NCBI GenBank assembly: GCA_041664225.1 | Contig: JBAYLE010000001.1 | Location: 132,939-196,938 of the forward strand | DNA: 64,000 bases | Source: Parcubacteria group bacterium | Lineage (GTDB): Bacteria > Patescibacteriota > Minisyncoccia > Moranbacterales > UBA2206 | Reading direction: 5' to 3' | Part shown: positions 35,739 through 45,624 of the stretch, piece by piece | How the letters are laid out: the number at the start of each line of letters is the position of its first letter | Position numbering within the stretch: position 1 is the first letter of the stretch | Translations under genes and position numbers: made by a program | The notes under the pieces: model-generated | What the model was told of the DNA's origin: nothing | The model's input: the letters and a program-made list of their open reading frames with translations, nothing else | Database searches by the model: none

Positions 35739-37648
35739 TCGCGCAGGAACTTCGTGAAAAATATTTGAAATTCTTTGAGTCGAAGGGACACACGATTATT
35801 CCTTCGGCTTCTTTGATTCCAGAAGGTACTGATCCTTCCGCCTTATTTATTACTGCGGGTATGCATCCTTTAGTGCCATATTTGATGGGAGAAAGCCATC
35901 CTGGGGGTGAGCGATTAGTCAGCGTTCAAAAGTGCATCCGGACAGATGATATTGAAGAGGTGGGGGATTCAACGCACAATACTTTTTTTGAGATGTTGGG
36001 CAACTGGTCATTGGGAGATTATTTTAAAAAAGAATCGATAGAATGGAGTTGGGAATTTTTAACTTCAAAAAAAGGATTAGGATTAAATCCAAAGAAAATA
36101 GCCGTTTCTGTTTTTGCCGGTGATGAGGACGCACCCAAAGATGAAGACGCAGCGAAAATTTGGCTTGAGGTTTCCAAATCGGAGCTTGAGGGCAGAATTG
36201 ATTATTTGCCAAAAGCAAAGAATTGGTGGGGTCCGGCTGGAATCACAGGACCATGCGGTCCGGACACAGAAATATTTTATTGGGTTGGCGATGGTCAAGT
36301 TCCGGAAAAAATTAATCAGGGAGATTTAGCTGAACATCCGCACTGGGTTGAGATTTGGAATAATGTTTTCATGCAATACAATAAAACTGCTGAAGGAAAA
36401 TATGAACCTTTAAAACAAAAAAATGTGGATACAGGAATGGGGCTGGAAAGGACTCTGGCGATAATCAATGGCGGGGATGATATTTATCAAACAGATTTAT
36501 TCCGACCGATTATTGAAAAAATTGAAAAAATATCCGGCCGTAAATATGAAAAAAAATTGAAAGAATTTAGAATTATTGCGGATCATCTTAAGGCGTCAGT
36601 TTTTGCAATTAATGACGGCGCAAGTCCATCCAATAAATTGGCGGGATATATTGTTCGGCGGTTGATCCGACGGGCGATTGTAAAAGCGCATCAGTTAGGC
36701 ATCAATGAAAATTTTTCTACCAAAATTGCGGAAAAAGTTTTTGGCATATACGACGGAGTCTATGAATTCAATAAGGAAAATATAATTCAGGAATTAGAGA
36801 AAGAAGAAAATAAATTCAAGAATATTTTAACTGATAAAAAAATTGCAAAAATTAAAAATGAGGAACTTGAAGAAAGATATAAAATATTATTTAAAGCGAA
36901 TGCGCTTATGTCTGGGATGACAAAAGAAAAAGCGGATAAATTATTAACAGAGAAGATTTTAACAGAAAGTACTCCAATTACTGCCTCGGCTTTTAAATTA
37001 GAATCTTCCTATGGATACCCTCATGATTTGTTTTTTAATGAATTATTTAATAAGCTTGATTTAGGCGAGGAGGAAAAAAAATGTTCGGGTAAAATATTAG
37101 AAGATAAATATCTAAACGAGGACTTTAAAAAACACCAAGAACTTTCACGTACCGCGTCATCAGGAATGTTTAAGGGCGGGCTGGCGGACGCGGGGGAAAT
37201 GACGGCGAAACTGCATACGGCCACCCACTTGCTTTTAGCGGCTTTACGGGAGGTTTTGGGATCCCATGTTTTTCAAAAAGGGTCAAATATTACGGCCGAA
37301 AGACTGCGCCTAGATTTCGCCCACAATGTGAAAATGACACCGGAAGAGCTTGAGAAAGCCCAAAATATGGTCAATGATATGATCCGCGAGGACGTGCTGA
37401 TCGCTTGCGATGAGATGAGTGTGGACGAAGCTAAAAAAGCCGGCGCGGTAGGAGTTTTTGAGGCAAAATACGGCGACAAAGTGAAAGTTTATACAATAGG
37501 CCCTTCGACAAGCTCAGGGTCGGCTTTCAGCCGGGAAATTTGCGGCGGCCCGCACGCCAAATCCACCGGCGAGCTTGGGCATTTTAAAATTATGAAAGAA
37601 GAAGCCTCTTCCGCTGGTGTGCGGAGAATCAAGGCGGTGTTAGAATAA
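35735..37648 (+). CDS. alaS: alanine--tRNA ligase (short form lacking C-terminal C-Ala/DHHA1 region)
   Basis: KCIRT-DIEEVGD, HNTFFEMLGNWSLGDYFK and the editing-domain HxxxH motif (HTATHLLLAAL); only 637 aa. Confidence 0.9.
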   Translation: MIAQELREKYLKFFESKGHTIIPSASLIPEGTDPSALFITAGMHPLVPYLMGESHPGGERLVSVQKCIRTDDIEEVGDSTHNTFFEMLGNWSLGDYFKKESIEWSWEFLTSKKGLGLNPKKIAVSVFAGDEDAPKDEDAAKIWLEVSKSELEGRIDYLPKAKNWWGPAGITGPCGPDTEIFYWVGDGQVPEKINQGDLAEHPHWVEIWNNVFMQYNKTAEGKYEPLKQKNVDTGMGLERTLAIINGGDDIYQTDLFRPIIEKIEKISGRKYEKKLKEFRIIADHLKASVFAINDGASPSNKLAGYIVRRLIRRAIVKAHQLGINENFSTKIAEKVFGIYDGVYEFNKENIIQELEKEENKFKNILTDKKIAKIKNEELEERYKILFKANALMSGMTKEKADKLLTEKILTESTPITASAFKLESSYGYPHDLFFNELFNKLDLGEEEKKCSGKILEDKYLNEDFKKHQELSRTASSGMFKGGLADAGEMTAKLHTATHLLLAALREVLGSHVFQKGSNITAERLRLDFAHNVKMTPEELEKAQNMVNDMIREDVLIACDEMSVDEAKKAGAVGVFEAKYGDKVKVYTIGPSTSSGSAFSREICGGPHAKSTGELGHFKIMKEEASSAGVRRIKAVLE

Positions 37649-37665
37649 AGCAATACAATTTTAGG

Positions 37666-37694
37666 TTGTTATATTTCTCAATTTATTCTATAAT
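37666..37694 (+). promoter_or_regulatory. sigma-70 promoter upstream of the ftsA-like gene
   Basis: TTGTTA - 17 nt - TATAAT. Confidence 0.45.
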
Positions 37695-37789
37695 AAAGGC
37701 ATAAAACAAAAAAACGCGCCTGATGGCGCTAGAAATTTTAAATGGGAATTTTTTCCAAAATTTTAGGTTCGGGGGGATCAGGAGATTAC

Positions 37790-39007
37790 ATGCTTTCATT
37801 AGATATCGGAACGGAAGTTGTTAAGGCCTTGGTTTTTAAGATTGATAAAAGTTCCGGCAGCGGGGTGGTCAAGGGTGTGGGCAAGGTCAGGCAGAATATG
37901 GGTAACATGCAAAGTGGAGCCGTTTCTGATATTGCCGGTGTAATTGAAAGTTCCCGACAGGCAATTGAACTAGCGAGGACGATGGCAGGAATAAAAAAGG
38001 TGGAGAAAACTATCATTGGTATTGCCGGTGAATTGGTGAAGGGCACTACGACAACGGTGCATTATGAAAGAATTCGGCCGGAAGTCAGGATTGATCTGCC
38101 AGAACTAAAAAATATTATCCAAAAGGTCCAATGGAAAGCGTTTGACCGCATTCGGCAGCAATTGGCCTGGGAAACTGGGCATAGTGAAATCGAAGTCAAA
38201 CTTATCAATGCTGCCATAATTGATGTTCGGATAGACGGTTACCGAGTCACAAATCCGGTCGGTTTTCAAGGCCGAGACGTTTCTATCGCAGTTTTCAATG
38301 CCTACGCACCAATGATTCATTTGGGCGCGCTACAGACAATCGCAGATGAATTAAAATTGGAGCTTATCAGCATCGCGGCCGAGCCCTACGCGGTTGCGCG
38401 TTCTATGGGCATCGAAGATGTTTTGGATTTTAATGCTGTTTTCATCGATATCGGCGGCGGAACGACAGATATCGCCGTAGTCAGGAATGGCGGGTTGGAA
38501 GGCACAAAAATGTTTGCTTTGGGCGGTCGCGCTTTTACGAAAAGATTGGCGCAAGAATTAGGTGTCGCGTTTGAAGAAGCTGAGATATTAAAAATTAAAT
38601 ATGCCGAAGGCAAATTAGGCAAGGATGTCAGCCTGAAAATTGAAAGCATTCTGGAGGATGATTGCGAGGTTTGGCTGTCGGGAGTGGAACTGTCACTATC
38701 CGAATTTGCCGACTCAGATCTTCTGCCGAATAAATTTTTCTTATGCGGAGGCGGCTCTGGGTTGCCTGGTATAAAAAATGCCTTGCTCTCGACAAAATGG
38801 ACCAAAAATTTGCCTCTAGCGAAAACCCCACAGGTTAGCTTCTTGCAACCCAGGGACGTTGTGAATATAATTGATGAAACAGGCGCGCTTAAAGATCCTC
38901 AGGACGTAACTCCGATGGGGCTTGCCAATTTGGCACTGGATATTTTCGGCGAAGAGAAAGTCATGGCTGGAATTTTAAGGAGGGCGGTAAAAATGATTCA
39001 AAAATAA
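37790..39007 (+). CDS. ftsA: FtsA-like actin-family ATPase
   Basis: LSLDIGTEVVKALVF, FIDIGGGTTDIAVV and FLCGGGSGLPG motifs, with a C-terminal amphipathic helix (GILRRAVKMIQK). The start is set at MLSLDIG, preceded by AGGAGA. Confidence 0.7.
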   Translation: MLSLDIGTEVVKALVFKIDKSSGSGVVKGVGKVRQNMGNMQSGAVSDIAGVIESSRQAIELARTMAGIKKVEKTIIGIAGELVKGTTTTVHYERIRPEVRIDLPELKNIIQKVQWKAFDRIRQQLAWETGHSEIEVKLINAAIIDVRIDGYRVTNPVGFQGRDVSIAVFNAYAPMIHLGALQTIADELKLELISIAAEPYAVARSMGIEDVLDFNAVFIDIGGGTTDIAVVRNGGLEGTKMFALGGRAFTKRLAQELGVAFEEAEILKIKYAEGKLGKDVSLKIESILEDDCEVWLSGVELSLSEFADSDLLPNKFFLCGGGSGLPGIKNALLSTKWTKNLPLAKTPQVSFLQPRDVVNIIDETGALKDPQDVTPMGLANLALDIFGEEKVMAGILRRAVKMIQK

Positions 39008-39008
39008 T

Positions 39009-41000
39009 ATGCACCAAACATTTTACATCGATATTGACGAAGAGATAACCTCGATAGTTGATCGTCTGCGCAAGGCTAAGGCGCGGGAGGTTATCATTGT
39101 CGTTCCTAAGCGAGCCCTGCTCATTCAAAGTATCGTGAATCTAAAGCTGCTGAAGAAAGAAGCGGATAATTTCAAAAAGAAGTTGATAATCGTAACTCAG
39201 GACAAGCTTGGCAAACTGCTGGTAGAAAAAACCGGCATTGATGTTCAGCAGAAATTAGATGAGATCGAGGGGGAGGAAATGATTTCACCGAGTACCGACA
39301 ACATGGGCAATGGCATCAATGTTGAAATAGATGACTCTCTGGATGAGCCGAGAATTAAAGCTAAAAATAGGCTGGAAACGATGGGATCATCTGAATATTT
39401 TGAAGAAGTGCCGAAAAAAATGAATTCCAGAATTGCTGTGGGCTCGGAACATGCTGAAGAGTATTTTGAAAAACCGGCAAAATCTGAAGAAAAGATTGTG
39501 AATAGGGAGTTGGTAACCGAAATAAGCGCGGATATAAAAAAGAGTAACAGAAAGAAAAAATCCGCAACCTTTGATATTGTAAAAAATGTTGACATACAAC
39601 AGGCCGGCGTTTCTGATTTTTCCACAGTAGGGGAAACAATAGATAATTTTAGTGCCGCGGATCTTAAAAGAACGAATGAAACAATTGTCAGAAAGAGAGG
39701 AATTCCCCATGAGTCTGAAAATTCAGAGTTGAAAAACAGCGGTAAGTTAGGAAACTTTTTTCAAAAAGAAAAAACTGTGAAAAGCAGATCGCAAGAAGTC
39801 AGAATGGATTATGGAAATTTCAATTTGTCTGGAAAATTCTGGAGATACTTTGCTATTTTTGGTTCAGTCGTGGCGTTGATTATCATATTTTCCGCGGCGT
39901 ATCTGTATTTGCCCAAGGCGGATATAAAAATTTTTGCTAAAACTAAGTCTCACTCAATAGACGCCCAGGTAAAAGGGGCTGTTAATCAAACGACAATTGA
40001 TTTTGATAATCAAATGATTCCGGTAAAAATCATTTTGGCTGAAGATCAAAAAACAGAAAATTATCCAGTGACCGGGAATAAATCAGCTGCAAATCAAAAG
40101 GCTCGCGGAATAATTACGATTTATAATGAATTCAGCAGCAGCCCTCAACCTTTAGTAGCAACGACTAGATTCCAAACCTCGGATGGCAAAATATTCAGAT
40201 TAATTAAGGCTGTCACAGTTCCAGGAGTCGCCAATATTGGTGGTGAGACAAAGCCTGGAGCTATCGAGGCGGATGTCGTTGCAGATGAGGCTGGTGATAC
40301 ATACAATATTGATCCTGCTAGTTTTACCATCCCAGGTTTTAAAGACAGTGGAAATGATAAATTTACAAAGATTTATGCCAAATCATTCAAAGCAATGACT
40401 GGGGGAGGTAAGAGCGGAGGCGTAGCCAAGGCGATTGTGGCCAGCGATATAATTAGCGCGAAAAATAAGGCGCTAATGGACCTCACCCAATCATTGAAGC
40501 AAAAATTAAAAAATTCTGCCGATGAAGGAGCAGTAATTTTGGATGACGCTTTTAATATAGGAGACGCTACTTATGCGGTATCTAATTCAGAGGGCGAAAT
40601 AGTTGATAATTTCAGCGTGACAGTTAAAGCGAAGGCCAGTGCGCTGGTATTTGATGAAAAAGATCTGCGAAATATTATTGGTAAAGATATAGCGAAAACC
40701 GGTTCTGGTAGCGATCGAATAGATGAAAATTCATTGTCTTTGCAATTTGGCAAATCAGATGCTGATTTTACAAATAGCACAATTTTAATTCGCGTAAATG
40801 CGTCAGGAAAAATCAATCCAAATATCGATCTGGAAAATTTGAAAAAAGGAATACTGGGTAAAAGCGAGGATGATTTCAAGGCTTATCTGAAGACTTATCC
40901 CGCGGTGGAAAAAGCAGAAATAAATTACTGGCCAGCCTTTTTGACTGGCAAAATACCGGCCTATGAAAGCCGAGTAAGTATCGAGCTTGACAATAATTAA
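39009..41000 (+). CDS. hypothetical large membrane-anchored protein (663 aa), partner of the FtsA-like gene
   Basis: Soluble N-domain, a single TM (YFAIFGSVVALIIIFSAAYLYL), then a ~370-aa extracytoplasmic beta-rich region. Its start overlaps the ftsA stop. Confidence 0.5.
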   Translation: MHQTFYIDIDEEITSIVDRLRKAKAREVIIVVPKRALLIQSIVNLKLLKKEADNFKKKLIIVTQDKLGKLLVEKTGIDVQQKLDEIEGEEMISPSTDNMGNGINVEIDDSLDEPRIKAKNRLETMGSSEYFEEVPKKMNSRIAVGSEHAEEYFEKPAKSEEKIVNRELVTEISADIKKSNRKKKSATFDIVKNVDIQQAGVSDFSTVGETIDNFSAADLKRTNETIVRKRGIPHESENSELKNSGKLGNFFQKEKTVKSRSQEVRMDYGNFNLSGKFWRYFAIFGSVVALIIIFSAAYLYLPKADIKIFAKTKSHSIDAQVKGAVNQTTIDFDNQMIPVKIILAEDQKTENYPVTGNKSAANQKARGIITIYNEFSSSPQPLVATTRFQTSDGKIFRLIKAVTVPGVANIGGETKPGAIEADVVADEAGDTYNIDPASFTIPGFKDSGNDKFTKIYAKSFKAMTGGGKSGGVAKAIVASDIISAKNKALMDLTQSLKQKLKNSADEGAVILDDAFNIGDATYAVSNSEGEIVDNFSVTVKAKASALVFDEKDLRNIIGKDIAKTGSGSDRIDENSLSLQFGKSDADFTNSTILIRVNASGKINPNIDLENLKKGILGKSEDDFKAYLKTYPAVEKAEINYWPAFLTGKIPAYESRVSIELDNN

Positions 41001-41160
41001 ATAACTGCTAAAATAGTTAAAGACATTACAAAAAGGAATATTTTAGCTTAAATAGAGGGAAATCTCGAGCTTCAAGAACTAGGATTGATTTATACTTCTG
41101 AGGTCGATTCCTCAGAAAATCTCCGTCTATTTTTTTGTTTGCTAAATAATTTAATAATGC

Positions 41161-41382
41161 ATGTCCAATAATAAAGAGTTAGTTAAATTAGAAGGAGTAG
41201 TCGAAGAAACGCTGCCAAGCACGACTTTTAAAGTGCGCTTGGATAACGGGCATATAATCTTGGCTCATATATCCGGCAGGATGCGAGTTAACTATATCCG
41301 GCTTCTTCCGGGGGATCGAGTTTTGGTTGAAATGAGCCCCTATGATCTAACTAAAGGACGAATAACTCAACGATTAAAATAA
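41161..41382 (+). CDS. infA: translation initiation factor IF-1
   Basis: 73 aa with the S1-like fold signature [30 protein letters not shown]. Confidence 0.92.
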   Translation: MSNNKELVKLEGVVEETLPSTTFKVRLDNGHIILAHISGRMRVNYIRLLPGDRVLVEMSPYDLTKGRITQRLK

Positions 41383-41495
41383 TGAAAGTCAGAGCATCCG
41401 TCAAAAAAATTTGTGATAAATGCAAGCTTGTTAAGAGAAAAGGCAAGCTTTTTGTTGTTTGTTCCAATCCGAAGCACAAACAAAGACAGGGCTAA
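41382..41495 (+). CDS. rpmJ: 50S ribosomal protein L36 (not in ORF track, 37 aa)
   Basis: [37 protein letters not shown]; its ATG overlaps the infA stop (TAATG). Confidence 0.85.
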   Translation: MKVRASVKKICDKCKLVKRKGKLFVVCSNPKHKQRQG

Positions 41496-41514
41496 CACAT
41501 AACGCAAACATTTT

Positions 41515-41901
41515 ATGTTAAGAATCGCCGGGGTAAATGTCCCAGATGAAAAACGAGTAGAAATTTCTTTAACCTATGTTTATGGCATAGGACCTGCAAC
41601 TGCGGGAAAAATTTTGGACGAACTGGAAATATCCAGAGACAAAAGAACTAAGGACCTATCGGATACCGAACAGAATAAAATTCGCGAGTATGTTGAGAAG
41701 AAAATCCGAGTTGAAGGAGAGCTTAAACATGAAATCAGATCAAATGTAAAACGCCTGAAAGAAATCAGTGCTTATCGGGGTATCCGCCATCAGAGAGGGC
41801 TTCCAGTCAGGGGGCAAAGAACCAAGACAAACAATCGGACGATTCGTGGCAATGTAAGAAAGACTATGGGCAGCGGAAGAGTGAAGACGGAAAAGACTTA
41901 A
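41515..41901 (+). CDS. rpsM: 30S ribosomal protein S13
   Basis: [26 protein letters not shown]... Confidence 0.95.
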   Translation: MLRIAGVNVPDEKRVEISLTYVYGIGPATAGKILDELEISRDKRTKDLSDTEQNKIREYVEKKIRVEGELKHEIRSNVKRLKEISAYRGIRHQRGLPVRGQRTKTNNRTIRGNVRKTMGSGRVKTEKT

Positions 41902-41942
41902 AAGACGCTCGGATACATTTTTATTTTTTAAACTAATATTGC

Positions 41943-42413
41943 ATGGCTGAAGAAAATGTAAAAACTGAAGAGATAAAAAATGAAACAGAGGTGAAATCTG
42001 AGGCTTCTGAGTTGGAAAAAGGAGCTGTCGAGGAAGCAAAGAAAAAAGTCAAAAAAATAAAGAAACAAATTCTAAAAGGCAGAGCGGTTGTTAAATGCAC
42101 CTATAATAATACGATCGTCAGTATCGCGGACATCAATGGAAACATCCTGGGTTGGGCATCTTCGGGGCTTTTAGGTTTTAAGGGAGCAAAAAAAGCCACT
42201 CCTTATGCCGCAACACAAGTGGTTGGAAATGTGAGCGAAAAAGTCAGGAAGTACGGCCTGAGAGAGCTGGAAGTTTTTGTCAAAGGTGTCGGGTCCGGAC
42301 GGGAGGCCTCAATTCGAGCATTGGCTAATAATGGTTTTGAATTACTGATGATCAAGGATGAAACGCCGATCCCGCATAACGGCTGCCGGCCGAAAAAACC
42401 AAGACGAGTGTAG
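41943..42413 (+). CDS. rpsK: 30S ribosomal protein S11
   Basis: ...TPYAATQVVGNVSEK...GVGSGREASIRAL... Confidence 0.95.
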   Translation: MAEENVKTEEIKNETEVKSEASELEKGAVEEAKKKVKKIKKQILKGRAVVKCTYNNTIVSIADINGNILGWASSGLLGFKGAKKATPYAATQVVGNVSEKVRKYGLRELEVFVKGVGSGREASIRALANNGFELLMIKDETPIPHNGCRPKKPRRV

Positions 42414-42535
42414 CACTCGGATACATTTTTATTTTTTGCGGGGAGCCCCACCGACAATTCTGTAAATCGCTCAAGGAAGAGACCCCTATGCAAAAAACAA
42501 AAAGTATCCTCGCTTAAATAATTTCATAAAGAAAC

Positions 42536-43171
42536 ATGGCAAGAGATATAAATGCAAAATGCAGAAAGTGTAGAAGGGCTGGGGAAAAGCTTTTTCTTAA
42601 GGGTGATCGCTGTTTTACTCCAAAATGCGGCGTGGTTAGACGCGCGTACGCTCCGGGGGCTCATGGTAAGAAGATGACAAAAGGCAACAAGAGCGAATAT
42701 GGGATGCAACTTGCCGTTAAACAGAGAATTAAGCGGATCTATGGAGTGTTAGAGAAACAATTTAGGAAGCACTTTGACGAGGTTAGAAACAAGCCGGGCG
42801 TGGTCGGAGATCTTCTCTTGGCGAGATTGGAACGCAGACTGGACAATGTCGTGTATCGTATCGGTCTTGCGGCTTCGAGGGCTCAGGCCAGACAATTAGT
42901 CAACCACGGTCTCATCAGCCTAAACGGCAGAAAAATGAGTATTCCTTCTGCTGAAGTAAAAATTGGCGATTTAATCTCAATAAATTCGTACAAGAAAAAC
43001 AAGAATTATTTTAAAAATTTGGAACAGATAATCAAAAACAAAAAGGATTTTCCAAGTTGGATCAGTTTTGACGCGGAAAAAATCGAAGGGAAAATTATAA
43101 ACAATCCCACAAAAAATGATGTGGAGATCAACGTTGATGCCCAAGTGGTTGTTGAATATTATTCTCGTTAA
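42536..43171 (+). CDS. rpsD: 30S ribosomal protein S4
   Basis: N-terminal CRKCRRAGEKLFLKGDRC zinc-like motif and an S4 domain. Confidence 0.95.
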   Translation: MARDINAKCRKCRRAGEKLFLKGDRCFTPKCGVVRRAYAPGAHGKKMTKGNKSEYGMQLAVKQRIKRIYGVLEKQFRKHFDEVRNKPGVVGDLLLARLERRLDNVVYRIGLAASRAQARQLVNHGLISLNGRKMSIPSAEVKIGDLISINSYKKNKNYFKNLEQIIKNKKDFPSWISFDAEKIEGKIINNPTKNDVEINVDAQVVVEYYSR

Positions 43172-43249
43172 ACATCTTTAATTTTAATAATTAATAAATG
43201 TCTTTTGCGCAAGCCTGCCTGACGGCAGGCGAGCAAAACAATTAAAAAA

Positions 43250-44230
43250 ATGCAATCAATAACACTTCCTCATAAGCCAAAATTCATCAGTGTTGACGGA
43301 AAAACCGGTAAATTCGAAATCGAAGGATGCTATCCAGGCTATGGGACAACTTTGGGAAATGCATTAAGAAGAGTGCTTTTATCCTCGCTTTCTGGCTCCG
43401 CCATAACTGCGGTTAAGATTACGGGGGTGACCCATGAATTTTCAACCATTCCGAACGTCCTTGAAGATGTAATTCAAATTATTTTGAATTTGAAGCAGGT
43501 GAGATTCAAATCCTTCAAAGAAGAAACTGTGAAAGTTTCTTTAAAAGTAAAAGGCGAAAAAGTCGTTACCGCTAGTATGATTGAATGTTCGGCGGACGTA
43601 GAAGTTATAAACAAGGAGGCACATATTGCGACGATTACTAATCCAAAGGGTGAATTGGAAATTGAATTCGAAATAAATAATGGAATCGGTTATGTTCCGG
43701 TTGAACAACAGGAAAAGAACGGAAAAGAAATCGGCGTTATCGCCGTTGATGCGATTTATACTCCCATCAGAAGAGTGAATTATACTGTGGATAACATGCG
43801 CGTAGGCAAACGAACCGATTTTGAAAAAATTACTTTCGACATTGTTACTGATGGCAGTGTTACTCCACAAGAAGCTTTTTCTAAAGCCGTCCAAATATTA
43901 GTTGATCAATTTTCCGCTATGGGCGATCTTGAGAAGATGAAATCGGAAAAGGAAGGAGAGAAAGAAGAAAAAGTGGAGAAAGAAGTCAAAAAGGAGGCGG
44001 TGACGGCAGTGGAAAAGGAAGATCCTAAAAAAATCGAAGTCACGCAGCTCAAGAGCCTTTCTACTAGAACTCTGAATGTCTTGGAAAAGAACAAGGTGGC
44101 TACGGTAGGAGAAATTGTCAAACTGACCGAATTGCAGTTGGGCAAATTGGAAGGTATGGGTGCCAAGGGCGTAAAGGAAATCAAAAAGGCAATCGGAGAT
44201 TTCGGATTAAATTTGAAAGCAGAAAAATAA
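43250..44230 (+). CDS. rpoA: DNA-directed RNA polymerase subunit alpha
   Basis: N-terminal dimerisation domain; C-terminal alphaCTD (LSTRTLNVLEKNKVATVGEIV). Confidence 0.95.
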   Translation: MQSITLPHKPKFISVDGKTGKFEIEGCYPGYGTTLGNALRRVLLSSLSGSAITAVKITGVTHEFSTIPNVLEDVIQIILNLKQVRFKSFKEETVKVSLKVKGEKVVTASMIECSADVEVINKEAHIATITNPKGELEIEFEINNGIGYVPVEQQEKNGKEIGVIAVDAIYTPIRRVNYTVDNMRVGKRTDFEKITFDIVTDGSVTPQEAFSKAVQILVDQFSAMGDLEKMKSEKEGEKEEKVEKEVKKEAVTAVEKEDPKKIEVTQLKSLSTRTLNVLEKNKVATVGEIVKLTELQLGKLEGMGAKGVKEIKKAIGDFGLNLKAEK

Positions 44231-44257
44231 AATATTCGAGAAATTTAAACTAATGTT

Positions 44258-44632
44258 ATGCAACACTTAAGAAAAGGAAGAAAATTTGGACGGGTGAAAA
44301 ACCAAAGAGAGGCGATGTTAAAAACTCTCTTAGGCAGTTTAATAATGGAAGAAAAAATTGAAACTTCTGAAGCCAAGGCCAAAGAAATCAAGGGGATGAT
44401 CGACAAGATTGTAAATAAGGCCAAGCAGACCCAGATTGATTCGCCAGCTGGCGGAAAAAAACTTGCGGCCATTCGTGATTTGGGCAACAGGATACCAGCA
44501 GCTGCGGTGAAAAAGATGACGGGAGAATTTTTAAGCAAGTTTTCCGGGCGCACTAGCGGGTACACCCGAATCATCAAATTGAGTCCAAGACAGAGCGATA
44601 GCGCGCGAATCGCGATAATTGAATTCGTGTAG
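44258..44632 (+). CDS. rplQ: 50S ribosomal protein L17
   Basis: MQHLRKGRKFGRVKNQREAMLKTL... Confidence 0.9.
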   Translation: MQHLRKGRKFGRVKNQREAMLKTLLGSLIMEEKIETSEAKAKEIKGMIDKIVNKAKQTQIDSPAGGKKLAAIRDLGNRIPAAAVKKMTGEFLSKFSGRTSGYTRIIKLSPRQSDSARIAIIEFV

Positions 44633-44660
44633 CGCCTCGCTAAAATTATTATATAAAATT

Positions 44661-45062
44661 ATGAATAAGAAGTCAGTTCAAAGAAAATACCACCTATTTG
44701 ACGCAGAAGGCAAAACGCTGGGCAGGTTAGCGACCCAAATAGCAGTAGTTCTCCGCGGTAAAAATAAAATTGATTTTACCCCGCATATTGATGCCGGTGA
44801 TTTCGCTGTAGTTATCAATACTGATAGGATAACAGTTACGGGGAATAAAATGGAAGGAAAAATTTATCATCACTTCAGCGGTTATCCTGGCGGCATTTCC
44901 TCGATCAACCTGAAAGACCAGCTAAAAAAAGACTCACGGAAAGTGATTGAAGCGGCTGTCACCGGGATGCTTTGCAAAAACAAATTGCGAGACAAGATGC
45001 TGAAGAGATTGCTGACTTATAAAAACGCCGAACATAAGCACAAAATTGATATAACACACTAA
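44661..45062 (+). CDS. rplM: 50S ribosomal protein L13
   Basis: MNKKSVQRKYHLFDAEGKTLGRLAT...; start set at the second Met of the track ORF. Confidence 0.9.
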   Translation: MNKKSVQRKYHLFDAEGKTLGRLATQIAVVLRGKNKIDFTPHIDAGDFAVVINTDRITVTGNKMEGKIYHHFSGYPGGISSINLKDQLKKDSRKVIEAAVTGMLCKNKLRDKMLKRLLTYKNAEHKHKIDITH

Positions 45063-45070
45063 ATATTATT

Positions 45071-45526
45071 ATGGCTGTTAAAAAAGTTAAAGAAGAAACA
45101 ATAAAAAAAGAAGAAACCAAATTGCCGGACGGCGAGTATTTTTATGCGGTTGGGAAAAGAAAGACTTCCATAGCGCAGGTTAGAATTTATCTTGCTTCAA
45201 AGGCGCCACAAGGCGTTGTGGTGAACGGCAGAAATCTCGATAAATATTTTACTCTGGAAAGACTGCAAGCCACGGTTAGCGCTCCATTGGTAGCAGTTGG
45301 CCAGGAGGGCAAGACCGATGTAATCGTAAAGGTGGTTGGCGGTGGAATTACTGGGCAAGCAGAAGCAGCCAGACTTGGAATCGCCAGAGCCTTGGTCAAA
45401 TTTGACAATACTTATAAAAAGACTCTGCGCGATCTCGGATTTATGACTAGAGACTCTCGAATAGTTGAACGTAAGAAGCCAGGCTTGAAAAAGGCCAGGC
45501 GGGCTCCGCAGTGGGCAAAACGATAG
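45071..45526 (+). CDS. rpsI: 30S ribosomal protein S9
   Basis: ...GGGITGQAEAARLGIARAL...KKPGLKKARRAPQWAKR. Confidence 0.95.
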   Translation: MAVKKVKEETIKKEETKLPDGEYFYAVGKRKTSIAQVRIYLASKAPQGVVVNGRNLDKYFTLERLQATVSAPLVAVGQEGKTDVIVKVVGGGITGQAEAARLGIARALVKFDNTYKKTLRDLGFMTRDSRIVERKKPGLKKARRAPQWAKR

Positions 45527-45559
45527 TAACTGTCTATATAATATTCTCGGATATAATCA

Positions 45560-45587
45560 AAAAACACCTCTTGAGGTGTTTTTTTAC
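45560..45587. terminator. bidirectional terminator between rpsI and the convergent PEGA-domain gene
   Basis: aaaaaa-acacct-cttg-aggtgt-ttttttt. Confidence 0.65.
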
Positions 45588-45624
45588 AACCTTTTTTGCC
45601 GTTAAAAGAAGATTGGAAGAGCTT

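Noticed and set aside
41098-41140. Possible tRNA fragment upstream of infA (GGTCGATTCC T-loop-like)
   Set aside because: Only a 6-bp hairpin with a 6-nt loop, and no acceptor or anticodon arms. Probably a simple hairpin, perhaps a terminator remnant after the 39009..41000 gene.
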